Positions 29,301 to 41,502 of a stretch of 64,000 nucleotides of DNA are shown piece after piece; within the stretch, counting starts at the first letter, position 1; each line of letters opens with the position of its first letter. Under the pieces are notes generated by a model that was not told where the DNA came from, did not search any database, and worked only from the letters and a program-made list of their open reading frames with translations. The position numbers and the translations under genes are program-made. Source of the DNA: the human T2T-CHM13v2.0 reference genome, Homo sapiens; NCBI RefSeq assembly GCF_009914755.1, contig NC_060928.1; one strand, 5' to 3'.

Positions 29301-30419
29301 CTGGTTGACTCAGGTGATTCACCTGGGTAACAAGGCTTCCTGAAGGCCACCTGCTGGTAAATGTCATTGCCAGTTCATTGACCGGGAGCCCCCATGTGTT
29401 TCTACCAAGACCCCGCTCCTCTCTTCGCATACAGTAATCTGTTGTATACACTTTGTACCTCACCCACAAGCGTGTGAAAAGCCTTAGCTGTTCTGGTGCC
29501 AGGACTAATGGGAGCTGCTTACAGTCTATGAGGACAATCAGACTTGGCCGCCTGCCTTCTTTCCATATAATTTTTAATAAGCCAGTAATATCTCTCCAAG
29601 CACTACAGACCTCTGGCTTGGACCAGGAAACCTGGAACTGTTTAAGAGAACATTAATTTCCTTTGAGCTAGGATTACAGGCCATCTAAAACTTCTTAATG
29701 AATGGCCACACTGCCTTTTTGAAGCATTTGTGTATTTGCCAACACAGACTCGAAGGTTGCATTAGATATTGGGAGTTGTCTTTTCTGGAAGTTAGGGTCT
29801 TCTAGAAGCTGACGGGCGATGGAGGCCTGATGCTCTGCCATTTCTTTGGTGAGACCTCTGGACTGCTTCGTTCATAGTCCTCTTTCCCACATATGCTCCC
29901 CTGATGTCTTACTCTTTTATTTTATGGGTTTTTGGTAACTGAAACATTTTAAGACTCAATTCCGCCACTTTGTTGAAGATAAAATCAAGTTCAAACCCTG
30001 CTTTATTTTATTTTTCTTTTTTTTGGACGGAACTAGTGAGGAAACTGTGTGTGCAAACCCCAGAAAACCCACTTGAGACCTGATGCTAATTGGCTGGATG
30101 ATGTTCAATAGGACACGGCTCCACTGAGCCTCAATTTCCTGATGAGGGTTAAACTGATGATTCTTAACCAGGTCTGACATTCTGTAAATTAAGCATACTT
30201 GCTTCTGATTTCACAGTTTCCATGGGATCAGAGGATTGAAATGTCAAGGAACCTCCCTTGATGTCCCCCTAAGACTCTGAATTGAACTGTGATGAGGACC
30301 CTTTTGAGAATCTTTCAGTGATCCCCTTCTCTAGGAAGGAAGGGTGAAGTATGCTTTGTAAGAGAGATTGTCTATTTGTCTTTTATCTCCTGATTTCAAA
30401 CACAGTGGTTCCGCTAAGC

Positions 30420-30620
30420 TGCATCTTTTTTGTTCTTTCTGCTGTGAAAATAATTTTGTCGGAAAATGTAACCAGTGCAATTATACTGAAATTTCATATG
30501 AAATGTTAATAAAATGGATGTGTGACCAATAAAATACTTGATGCCAAATTAAATGGACCAAAAGGGAATTCTGCTTTGTAGCAAACTTCATGGGAAACAG
30601 GATAAAAAAGAAAATAATAT
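30420..30620. promoter_or_regulatory. Candidate enhancer (POU-like palindrome, HOX13 motifs)
   Basis: Apparently repeat-free; ATTTCATATGAAAT palindrome, TTAATAAAA, CCAATAAAA. Motif evidence only. Confidence 0.3.
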
Positions 30621-30702
30621 CTTTGAGCTACTATATGAATTTCCCCAGAAATAAAAATATTGTTTATAATAAGTTGCTAATCTTTGGCTTGCTCAGAGGG
30701 AA

Positions 30703-30957
30703 TAAAACATAGTGGCCAAAGATGTGGATTCTAAGGGCAGATTTCTTAGGTTCAAATCCCAACATTGCTAGTTCTTATCTGCTAGCCGTGGGCAAGTTAC
30801 TTAACCTGTTTGTGCTTCAGATCGCAGTCTGTAAATTGGGGCTAATAACAGTATTTTCTGCAAAGTGTTGTTGTGAGGATTGGGTTTATACATATAAAGC
30901 AGTTGGTAATGCCTGGCACATAGGAAGTATTCAGTTTGCATTAGTGATTATTATTAG
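30703..30957 (+). mobile_element. MIR SINE, near full length
   Basis: GGTTCAAATCCC B-box, GGGCAAGTTACTTAACCT core, GCCTGGCACATAG tail. Confidence 0.9.
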
Positions 30958-31536
30958 AAAGTCACAAACTTGAAATGAAAATGGTTCTCGAGTGTGAATA
31001 TGAATATGTATGTATATTCATGAATTCATATTTCTTCTCTAGGGAATAAGATTTGCTTCCATATTTTACCAAGAGGGCATCTGGGACCTTAACCTATTGA
31101 AAGATTTTCCCAAGGCCACATGGCTGATCTGCAGTGGGAAGAAAGAAATATTAGCGTTTAGCTTGAATGACCTACAGATACCATAATTAGCACTCCTTTG
31201 TGGAGCAACAAATTGACAATTACCCAGAATGCTTAGAAAAAAACATTCTGGTTAATTTAATCTTCTGGCTAGCCAGTGAAATTTTTCTAGCGTATCTGGG
31301 TGAGTAAATTACAATAATGGCTGCAAAAGCCTCTGAAAGCAAGATAACTAGAAAGTTCACAAATTTTAGGAAGCTCAGCAATTATACTTTAGAATATCAA
31401 ATTAATAAAATTTAGAAAATCCAAATAAAAATGCCAATGAATATAAAAAACTGTGGGATGCAGCTAAGGGTATGCTTCGAGAGAGATTCTTAGTCTTAAA
31501 TATTAGAAAGAAAGAAAGGTTGGAAATGGAAACATC

Positions 31537-32650
31537 TGTAACAGACACTGTATTGCCCAGGTTATCCCATTCAGGACTGAAGCCCTCATTGCCTCAGTTG
31601 TTGGGAATGCCTGCAGCCAACAGCTTTCAGTTGAGTCTTTTTTTGGGAAACTGCCCTTGACTAATGAAAGCCACCTTGTCCGGGCCACATTCTCTTCTCA
31701 GGGATGGTCTACATCCAATAGCTAGTTGATGAGAGAATAAAGGTCTGGCCGCATTCCTCAGTCATACCTGTGGAATTTTAATTTATGGAGGTGACTGGGG
31801 GCCAGCACAGAGAGGCCAATGCCCTGAAAGATTTTTGGTTTCTCTATATTTCTTTATTGTTTCATTAGCAGCAGAAGAACGTATTGTTATATTTTTAAGA
31901 TTTTAAGTTTTGTTTTCAATTCAAATGCAATACACAATTACTGTTAAAAATCAAGTACTACAAAAGAAAATTAAAAAATTTTGAATATCATGCCTTCATT
32001 TCATTTCCTAGAGGAAATGACTATTAACAGTTTGGTATATGGTCCCCTTGACAGATTTTCATTGCTTACGTTTCCCAAGAGGAGGGGGCATGCCATGTCA
32101 CACAGGGCCGTGTGGGGAAGCACCTGGATTAGTCAGGACATACAGCAGGAGCAAGGACCAAGTCTAGGCAAGAGATTGTATTAGAATTTCTGCAGGAAAG
32201 GGAAGGCAGAGGCAATGGCTTAGGATTGTCTAGCTTGAATAATTCTGGCAGTCCTTGGGCCACAGGGGCTGTCCTAGTTGTCTGGTACCTGGCCCTGGGT
32301 TGATTTAGGGCAGGGAAATATTGACTGGTGTGTGAGTTAGATAGAGAAGTGGTTCAGAATGAGCTCTGAATCTCAGGGCAGCAGGAAACAACTCGGCCAT
32401 AAGTTTGGTCTGTGACTAATGGATGCCACATGGACAAATAAAGAATATCAGAAGACACAGAACACCCCTTGAACCAGATGGCATATCCCAGTACCAGTGC
32501 TTGACCCTTTGGGCTTGGCAGAGGCCCTTGCTGGGTCTGCATTGCAGTTCAACTTCTCCCTCTGCCCCATCCTGGTTGTTTCCCTCCCTTACAGGGACTG
32601 ATCCTACAGGCACGTCCTGTACCCAGATCTTAGAGGGAGCCTATCGTGCA
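31537..32650 (+). mobile_element. LTR16A-like LTR in two pieces (about 31537-31770 and 32480-32650)
   Basis: TTCAGGACTGAAG...ACATCCAAT...ATAAAGGTCTGGCC, resuming CTGCATTGCAGTTCAACTTCTCCCTCTGCCC. Confidence 0.65.
32060..32465 (-). mobile_element. MER68/MER77-like ERVL LTR
   Basis: GGGGAAGCACC...TAGGATTGTCTAGCTTGAATAATT...TAGTTGTCTGGTACCTGGCCCTGGG. Confidence 0.6.
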
Positions 32651-32674
32651 ATAGTATTTGCCTAAGTAAGTTAG

Positions 32675-33034
32675 TGCCTTCATCCATTTGGGCTGCTATC
32701 ACAATATACCATAGACTAGATGGCTTATAAACAACAGGAACTTATTTCTCATAGTTCTGGAGGCTGGGAGGTCCAAGGTCAAGGTGTTGGCAGATTCAGT
32801 GCCTGGTGAAGGCCAGCTTCCTGGTTTGTAGACATGCTTCTTGTGTTTGCATGACAGAAGCAACCAATGAGCTCTTTGTGGCTTCTTTTATGAGGACACT
32901 AATCCCATTCAGGAGGGGTTCTACTCTCATGACCTAATCACCTTCCAAAGGCCCCACCTCCAAATACCATTGCCTTGGGACTTAGGATTTCAACACATGA
33001 ACTTTGGGGAGGACACAAACATCAGACCACAGCA
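32675..33034 (-). mobile_element. MLT1A-like solo LTR
   Basis: TCCATTTGGGCTGCTATCACAATATACCATAGACT...GGACACAAACATCAGACCACAGCA; TSD GTTAG / GTTAC. Confidence 0.88.
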
Positions 33035-33211
33035 GTTACACAACAGACAAAATAAACACAAATAATGCAAAAGGGAGGGAATAATAGAGGTGGGAGTCGT
33101 AATTACTACAATAGAAAAGAAACATTCAATAGAATCAATAAAGCCAAGGGTTTGAGATTTGAATAGGCCAATAAAATTGATAGCGTTCTTATAAGACTGA
33201 TTAAGAAAAAG

Positions 33212-33335
33212 AGGATTACAGTGTAATAGCAGTGCTTTGAAAGTCTGAGATGGGAGGATTGCTTGAGGCCAGGAGTTCTGAGACCAGCCTGGGCAATGTT
33301 GCCAGACCCTAACACTAAAAAAACAAGAGAGAGAG
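33212..33335 (+). mobile_element. FLAM / Alu left monomer
   Basis: GGGAGGATTGCTTGAGGCCAGGAGTTCTGAGACCAGCCTGGGCAA. Confidence 0.8.
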
Positions 33336-33596
33336 ACAGAGAAAGACAAGGCACAAATTATCACTCAGAAATATCTACAAATCCTATAAACAAGAAAAAC
33401 ACAACACAGGAACATTATGAAAAATCAGCAGCAAATATACCAGAGTACTAATATTTGTTAAATTTAGGTAGTGCGAACATAGGTGGTTATTACATTAACC
33501 TGTATATCTGATTATATATTTGAAGAGTCTAGTGTTATAAAGTAAATAAACACTTTTTTTTAGAAAAACAAACTCAGTTTTCCAGTACTTACCCAG

Positions 33597-33747
33597 ATTT
33601 TCTTCTACTATTAATAATATAATCATTTTCCTTCTTTTTATAATTATTATAGATGAATAATTCTATTCTAATTCAATTAGAAGTATTTTCTTCTACTAAT
33701 AATAAAGCCATTTCCTTCTTTTATAATTATATTATAATTATTGATGA
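33597..33747. repeat. Diverged AT-rich direct repeat (about 60-bp unit, offset 88 bp)
   Basis: ATTTTCTTCTACTA..AATAA....CATTT.CCTTCTTTT.ATAATTAT begins at 33597 and again at 33685. Confidence 0.8.
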
Positions 33748-33761
33748 AAAGAGCAAAGTCG

Positions 33762-34048
33762 TTTTTTTTTTTTGAGATGGAGTCTATTTTTGTCATCCAG
33801 GCTGGAGTACAGTGGCATGATCTCGGCTCACCGTAACCTCCGCCTCCCAGGTTCAAGTGACTCTCGTGCCTCAGCCTCCCGAGTAGCTGGAATTACAAGC
33901 ATGTGCCAATGCACCCAGCTAATTTTTGTATTTCTCATAAAGATGGGGTTTCGCCATGTTGGCCAGGCTGGTCTTGAACTCCTGGCCTCCAGTAATCTGC
34001 CCACCTCAGCCTCCCAAAATTTATAGGCTTAAGTCACAACCCCTGGCT
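33762..34048 (-). mobile_element. AluS (Sz-like)
   Basis: Dimer with TCTCGTGCC and CCTGGCCTC; TSD GAGCAAAG. Confidence 0.93.
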
Positions 34049-34489
34049 GGAGCAAAGAGATTTTGAGCTTCTGTTAAGCAGTGGGCCACTTCTTGAGGAA
34101 CTTTCCCTGAACTTCACTGAAGCCTCATGACAATGCTATGAGGTCATAACTATCCCCTTGGAAACAGAGGAGTCAGCGGAGACTAGTCAGAGACTAGTGG
34201 GCCATGGTTACCAAGCTGTAGTGAGTGTAGGAGCTGAGATCTGAATCCATGAATTAGATACCTGAACCCCAAGTGATTAGTGATAAAGGTGTATAATGCA
34301 ATTCAATAAGTACTCACCACACTCTGGGGATATGGGATGCACAAGGCTGTTGTAGTCCTTGTGCCATGGACAGATGATTAAGTGGTTCCAATGGGGGAAG
34401 CATGCTGAACCCTCAAATCTGAGAAGAGCAGAATCCTCTGTTCTGCTTAGTGGGGATAAAGTGGGTTCAAATTTTCATGTGTTGGGGTC

Positions 34490-34765
34490 AGTATCAATTT
34501 TCTGTGGCTGCCTTAACAAATTATCACAAACTGGTAGTTTGAAAACAGCAGAAATTTGTTCTCTTGGTTCTGGAGTCTAGAAGTTCAAATCAAGGGGTTG
34601 GCAGGGCTGCACTCTCATGAAGGCTACAGGGAGAGCTGGTTCCTTGTCTCTCCCAGTTTCTGATGGCGGCTGGCAGTCCTGGGGTCCCTTGTTTTGTAGC
34701 TCAATCACTCTAATCTCTCCCTTCATCTTCACAAGTCCTTCTCCATTGTTTGTGTGTGTGTGTTG
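34490..34765 (-). mobile_element. MLT1C-like LTR (partial)
   Basis: GGCTGCCTTAACAAATTATCACAAACTGG...TTCTGGAGTCTAGAAGTTCAAATCAAGG. Confidence 0.8.
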
Positions 34766-35477
34766 TGTGTACATTGTGTGTGCATGTGTTGTGTGTGTAT
34801 TTTATCTATAGCAACCTGTTGAAGTGTTCAAATTCAGAGATGGTTGAGTATGTATCATTTTCCCCCAATACAATACAATTATTACAAAATGAAGGGCAGT
34901 TCCAATTTTCTAAATGGAGTCACATACTTTTTTCACATACTTTAATATAAAAAACATACACAGTGTCAAGTCCTTTCGTTCCCATGATATAAGGGATGAG
35001 AGTGTATGGACTTTGAGTCAGACCTGAAACTGAGCCCTGGCTTCACTCCTTTCACTTGTGTGGCCTTAGGCAAGTCTCCCGGCATTTCTGAGTCTTAAGT
35101 TTTCTCATCTGCTAAATAGGCCACTTGCCTGGCAGGGCTATGATAAGTCCTCTGGCCTAATGCCTGGCCACAGGAAGACTTCACTCATGCTAGGCTCTTC
35201 CCCTGGCTTCTTAGGCACTCGTGGAACAACACAGAAAGAAACCATCCTGATGCTCACGAGGTGGAAGGAGGATGCAAGCTGATGTTTGACAACTGCCAAT
35301 GCCCTTGCGAGGGTAGAAATATAGACAGAGATTTAAACCAGTTTCTTCTGATTGCAAGTAACAGAGATCCGCAGGCTCCCTCAAGCATCAAAGGGGGATT
35401 TATTGGGATAATGGGGAAGGGAAAGATATCTCATGCAAACAACAGGCAGAAGCACCTGCTCTCAGAATAGGATGAGC

Positions 35478-36283
<806 letters not shown>

Positions 36284-36460
36284 GGGTCATACTCTCTGTC
36301 CATGGCTCCACTTGGTAGGTCGAATTCATAGTCTGTTTCTCCTTTTCTTTCTCTGGACTGGCTTATTTTGCTTGTCAGTTTGCACAGTAAACATAATCTC
36401 TTGAGAGCTGTGCTAAGCATTTTCTCACATGCCATTCCTGCATCACCGCTGCAAGGTTTT

Positions 36461-36579
36461 ACTCTAAGTAGGTTCCACTCTATTCCTTGGAGGGTCTCCA
36501 TCAGGACTAAGCCCAGGTGCCACAGTGGTGACCTTGTATTAGCACACCCTCTGTTGGCTTCTCCATCATCCCTATTTCA
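36461..36579 (+). repeat. LTR16-derived segment, local copy A
   Basis: 80/97 identical by hand alignment to the segment starting at 37910. Confidence 0.85.
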
Positions 36580-37011
36580 GATGAGGAACAGTGACCCGGA
36601 ATAATACATCCACCCCGGGGAGGTGGGTGGGCAGCTGGTGGGATTCACTCCACAGTTGAGACCAGATTGCGTGCATGAACTGTTAAGGCATTTGATGAGT
36701 ATTCTCTGTCCACAGCCTGAAAAAGGTACTGGCCTCTTGCATTTCTCTTCTAGATAAATCTCCAGGATTCTATCCAAGAGTGGAGAATCCAACATGCACA
36801 AAGGAGTTTTTACTGTGTACCTGGCCTTGGATTCAGTGCTAGGACACAGCTGTGCACCAGCCCGGGCTCTTGCCACATGGAACTCCTGACTAGGAAACAG
36901 CAACACATATCACATGTATAAGTCATGCAGCACAGCAGACAGAGTGTGGCCAGATCATTTGACTTATGGGTCTGCACACCTTTGCTCCAGCTATTTCCTC
37001 CACAGAAAACA

Positions 37012-37086
37012 GCTGAGGGAGGAGAAGATGAGATAGGGAAGGAGAAGCCAACATGGGGTACGCTAATGCTGGGTCACCACTGTGGC
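37012..37086 (-). repeat. LTR16-derived segment, inverted local copy B
   Basis: Reverse complement is 68/76 identical to 37968-38043. Confidence 0.85.
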
Positions 37087-37689
37087 CCCTGGTCTCCACC
37101 TGCTCCCCCTCCACAGGAAACAGCAGGTGCATCCTTTCTCCAGCTTCTCCTCTTGGTGAACTTCCACTCCTCCTTCAGGATCCAGCTGGACTTCTTTCTT
37201 TTTGGAAATCTTCCCTAACTCTTCGCCCCTGTCCCCATGTCCCCATGTCCCCATGCAACATTAGTGGCAGGGACTTCTCCTCCGTTCTGCTGGCATCCGG
37301 GCTCTTCTCTGCCATAACGTTTCGCTCACAGCATTATCTCTTAATTTATCTCTCTCACCTGGAAGAAAGAACCTCTTTATGTTTCTCTGTTCAGAACCAG
37401 GTCTGCCACAGATAAGGCATTCAGGAAGTATCAGTTGGTTGAATCAAATGACTAATTAATGTTTTGGCCCTGTGGAATGGATTCCCAGTGTGTGCACAGT
37501 CACCGGAATGCAGCAGGTCTAGCTGACGGAATGTGCTGACTGCACAGTTCTTCCTCCGTGCCCCAGCATCTCCTCCACCCTAGCTGTGTACCAGGCAGGG
37601 ATGGCTTGCATGTGAAGGATAACTCAAGGGATGGCTCTCCTTTTGTCCTCACTCAGCTCATGTTCCACAAACCCAAGGCAGGCAATCAT

Positions 37690-38124
37690 TGATGCCCGGG
37701 TGTCATCCCTGGGCTCCTCTGAACTCTCCTGTGGCCATGGTGGACAATTCCAGAAGAGTCCACTTCTCTGCCTGGGGCCTTTTGGGGTGCCCTGAGACCT
37801 GGCCTGTTTATTTGCAGGACAGCTGGGAAGTCCAGGGATTTAACATCCCCCAGTGAAAGACAGGAGTTGGTGGATGAATATCCCAACTTCCTCATGGCTT
37901 GTTGGAACAACTCTAGGTGGATTCCTCTCTATTCCTTGGCGGGTCCCCAGCAGGACTGAGCCCAAGTGCCACAGTGGTGGCCCAGCACTAGTGTACCCTC
38001 TGTTGGGCTTCTCCTTCCCTATCTCATGCTCTCCTCCCTCAGCCAGCTTCCCTGGACCACCTCCCAAACACAGCATCTGCTGGCCCTATCTCACTCCTGC
38101 TTCCAGGGGAACCCAACCAAGCCA
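37690..38124 (+). mobile_element. LTR16C-like ERVL LTR (contains copy C)
   Basis: CTTCCCTGGACCACCTCCCAAAC...CTGCTTCCAGGGGAACCCAACCAAG 3' end. Confidence 0.78.
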
Positions 38125-38789
38125 CCCTCCTGAACTGTTCTGTGTCAATGAATGAGTGTCTCTCAATGAGTGTAAGCTGGAGGGAAACAGGACTCTCTGG
38201 CCCCTGCACACAGGGCCTCCCATCCACAGGCTGCCCCTTGATTGCTTTTGCACACCTTTAAAGATGGGGTTTGTTTCTCTCCCATCATGTACTCCTCAGC
38301 AGAGTGGAGTATGCTGTGGTCTGTCTCCTTCTGAAATGCCTGGAAGTCCAGCAGGTCTGAAGGCCTCTCACAGGTCCATGAGGACAAGAGGCAAAAGCCT
38401 GGGTGGAGGTTCCAATTTGGGGTGAGTCCCTTCTCCTCCCTGGGTCTTAGTGCCCCATTTGTGAATGAACGAACAGACCAGAGGGTCTCTCTCTCTCCCC
38501 CTCAGGTCCCTCGGGGTGTACCACAGAGTGTATCTGTTACTTAATTGACTGGTTTGAACCCCAGTTTCCTAATCAATAAAATAGGAATAATAACTGTTGC
38601 TTTGCAGGGGGATTATGCGGAAAACGCCTGGTTCTGGCTTCCTCCACTTGTGCCCTCCCCTCACTCACTCTGCCTTTGGCTCTGCGCTTCTGCAAGCATG
38701 GTCACCTGTGGCTGCACACGCAGGGCCTCTGTGCTGCTGGTTCCCTCTGCTGAGAGCACCTTCCCTGATAGCCATGGGGCTCACCTCCT

Positions 38790-39581
38790 GATGGGGGCTG
38801 CATTGTGTCCCTTCGCAAATGATACATTGACGTCCTAATCCCTGGTGTCTATGAATGCAACCTCATCTGGAAATAGGGTCTTTGCAGACATAACCAAGTT
38901 AAAAGGTGGTCATACTGGAGTAGGGTGGTGTCTTAGTCCATGTTGCGTTGGCATAAAGGAATACCTGAGGCTGGGTAATTTATTAAGAGGTTTATTTGGC
39001 TGAGGATTCTGCAGACTGTACAAGAAGGATGGCATTGGCACTTGCTTCTGGTGAGGACCTCAGGAAGCATCCAATCTTGGCAGAAGGTGAAGTAGGAGTG
39101 GGCGTGCCACATGGCAAGAGACGGGGCAAGAGAGAGATGCTGGGTTCCTTTAAATAACCAGCTTTCACATGAGCTAATAGAATGCAAATTCACTCATCAC
39201 CAAGGGAATGGCACTGAGCCATTGGTGAGGGATCCACCCCCATGAGCCAGTCACCTCCCACCAGGCCCCACCTCCAATACTGGGGATCACATTTCAGCAT
39301 AAGGCTTGGAGGGGACACACATGAAACCGTATCGGGTGGTGCCCTTATAAGAAGGCTATGTGGAGACTCAGGGACACAGAGACACACCATGGGAAGGAGG
39401 AGGCTGAGATTGACAGCAACCACCAGAACTGAGGGAGAGCCTGGAGCAGGTTCCCCCGCAGTCTGCAGAAGAAATCCGCTCTGCTGCCACCCGGCCTCCA
39501 GAATGGGGAGGAAGAGAATCTGTGATGTCTGAAGGTGTCCGGTGTGGCCCTGTGATGCGGCAGCCCCGGGAACCGAGCACA
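38790..39581 (+). mobile_element. MLT1C-like LTR interrupted by MSTB
   Basis: TGGAAATAGGGTCTTTGCAGAC...GGTCATACTGGAGTAGGGTGG, resuming GGTGCCCTTATAAGA. Confidence 0.8.
38929..39334 (-). mobile_element. MSTB solo LTR
   Basis: TGTCTTAGTCC...ATAAAGGAATACCTGAGGCTGGGTAATTTAT; perfect TSD GGTGG at 38924-38928 and 39335-39339. Confidence 0.9.
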
Positions 39582-39704
39582 GCCCCCCATTGCCTCCTGA
39601 AGCAGGCCCGCTGGACCATCTCTTCCCACTGCAGGCCACCCCCACTCTTCTCCCAGGCCTCCCAATCCCCCTATGCCACTGTCATTTCTCTCCCCTCCTG
39701 GAGC

Positions 39705-39878
39705 CAGGATAGATTCCATAATTGGCAGGGCCCCAGGCAAAATGAAAATACAGAGTCCCCTGTTCAAACATGATTTAGAATTTCAAGATAGAGACAGCAG
39801 AGCATTAAGCCAACCTGGGGTCCCTTCTATGCACGGGGCCTGGTGCAACTGCTCAGGTTACATGCCAGGAACACTCGA
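39705..39878 (-). mobile_element. MER45A hAT-Tip100 MITE
   Basis: GCAAAATGAAAAT...TGTTCAAA...AGAATTTCAAGA...GACAGCAGAGCATTAAGCCAA. Confidence 0.75.
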
Positions 39879-41119
39879 TACATCATATGCAGCTTCTTAT
39901 TTTTTGATGTTGTGTGTTGGGTCTTGTCTGTTTCATTCCACAAGAATATAAACTCCTCACAGACAGACACCCCCTAATCCTTCAGATCAGCTCCAGGTAT
40001 AGGGTAGGTGCTCAACAAAAGTGGGTTAACGGTTGGCATATTGGGAAGCAGGTTATAGTTGGGCATTGCTCTCATCCTTGGCCAGGGTCCGGATTAGAGC
40101 CCAGGTCTGCCTGTCTCCAAGCCTGAGCCCTCTCCCTTCTATCAGCACAGTGCAGAGCTTCAAGCAGGCACGTCATAAACACTTGCTGATCATGATTAAA
40201 GCATAGCACAACTTAGCATCTCCAGCTTCAGCATCCTCATCTAGAAAAATGGGGTAATCATGACACACACCTCTTGAAACTGTTTGATAAGTAAACAATA
40301 CAATACATGGAAGCACTCAGGACAGTACCTGGAGACCAGCTGCCTCTTCTCACTGGCATCTGGACAGATCTGTGCCTGTGAGTGTCCCCAGGGACAGAAC
40401 AGGGTAGGGAAGGGTAGCGGTTGTGGGAGGGGCGTGGTAGTGAATCTCTTCCCAGTGTTTGGAGGGTGATTAAAAGAGGAAAAAAAGGGAGAGGACAGCA
40501 TGTCACACAAGTGAATACAATGTCTAGGCATGTGTCCCCGGGCAGATGCGCCAGCCGTGAGCCTGTGAGTCGCATCTGATGACAACCAAGAGGTGGCTCC
40601 ACTCCCTGGCCCTGCAGGAGCCTCTGTTATGACTTAGAGGACATGTTTTGAAGACTCCACCAAAAAGCCGAATAATTGATTTTGAAATATTTGAATTCTG
40701 GAACATGAAACCTATGAAGCTTTCATGTACCTTCCTCTCCTCCATAACCACATGGAGCTTATTTCAAACTCCAGAAATAACAAAAAGAACCCGGGGGGGA
40801 CCACCCTCTTAGAATAACTCCCCATGGGTGATGAAAGGAAGGCATATCAAATTCACTTTAGGAGAGAAGGGATTCTGAGAAATGGATTTTCACGATGTCC
40901 AAATGGAGCTGGCCTATAGATTTTCCTCTGGATTATACTGGCCTGCTTTGCCTTCAGATGAGCACAGATGGTCACATTCATGAACTGGGGTTGCTGAAAA
41001 CACATTTTTAAGGGGGCTCGACATGTGTTAAAACAACCAGAAGTTCTTGAACAAAATTACTGGTCAGCCAAACTGGTTTTTTTGTTTTTGTTTGTTTGTT
41101 TGTTTGTTTTTGAAGTAAC

Positions 41120-41502
41120 AGGCTATATGTTTTAGAGCAGTTTTAGGTTTTTAGGAAAATTGAATGGAAAATACAGAGCTCCCGTGGCCCCTCCCCTCCA
41201 TTCCCAAAAGTTCTTATTATCAGTGTCCTGCATTCACTTGATGCATTTGTTACAACTGACGAGAGCCAATATGCCTACTTTATTATAACTTAAAGTCCAT
41301 AGTTTACATTGGGGTTTATTCTTTGTGTTGTGCATTCTATAGGTGTGGACAGATGTATAATGATACTGATCCCCCGTGAGAGTGTCATACAGAATCATTT
41401 CACTGTCTTAAGACTCTCCAGGGCACCATCTGCTCATCCCTCCCTCTCCTCATCCCCAACTGCCGGGAACCACTGATCTTTCTACTGCTTCCGTAGTTTT
41501 GC
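41120..41502 (-). mobile_element. L1MC-type 3' UTR
   Basis: TTTTAGAGCAGTTTTAGGTT...AAAGTCCATAGTTTACATT...AACCACTGATCTTT. Confidence 0.8.

Larger units (their letters stand above)
31410..33440 (+). mobile_element. Old L1 ORF2 remnant in two pieces (about 31410-31536 and 33040-33440)
   Basis: CTGTGGGATGCAGCTAAGGG..CTTCGAGAGAGATTC (LWDAAK..LR) and AATAAAATTGATAG...AGACTGATTAAGAAAAAGAG (NKID...RLIKKK) are colinear L1 ORF2 segments. Confidence 0.7.

Noticed and set aside
30997-31032. AT-rich nested inverted repeats (AATATGAAT / ATTCATATT)
   Set aside because: Short and low-complexity; not distinguishable from chance.
36461-38043. CRISPR-like or recombinase-invertible cassette reading of the triple repeat
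   Set aside because: Eukaryotic LTR-derived sequence, irregular spacing, diverged copies and no associated enzyme gene.
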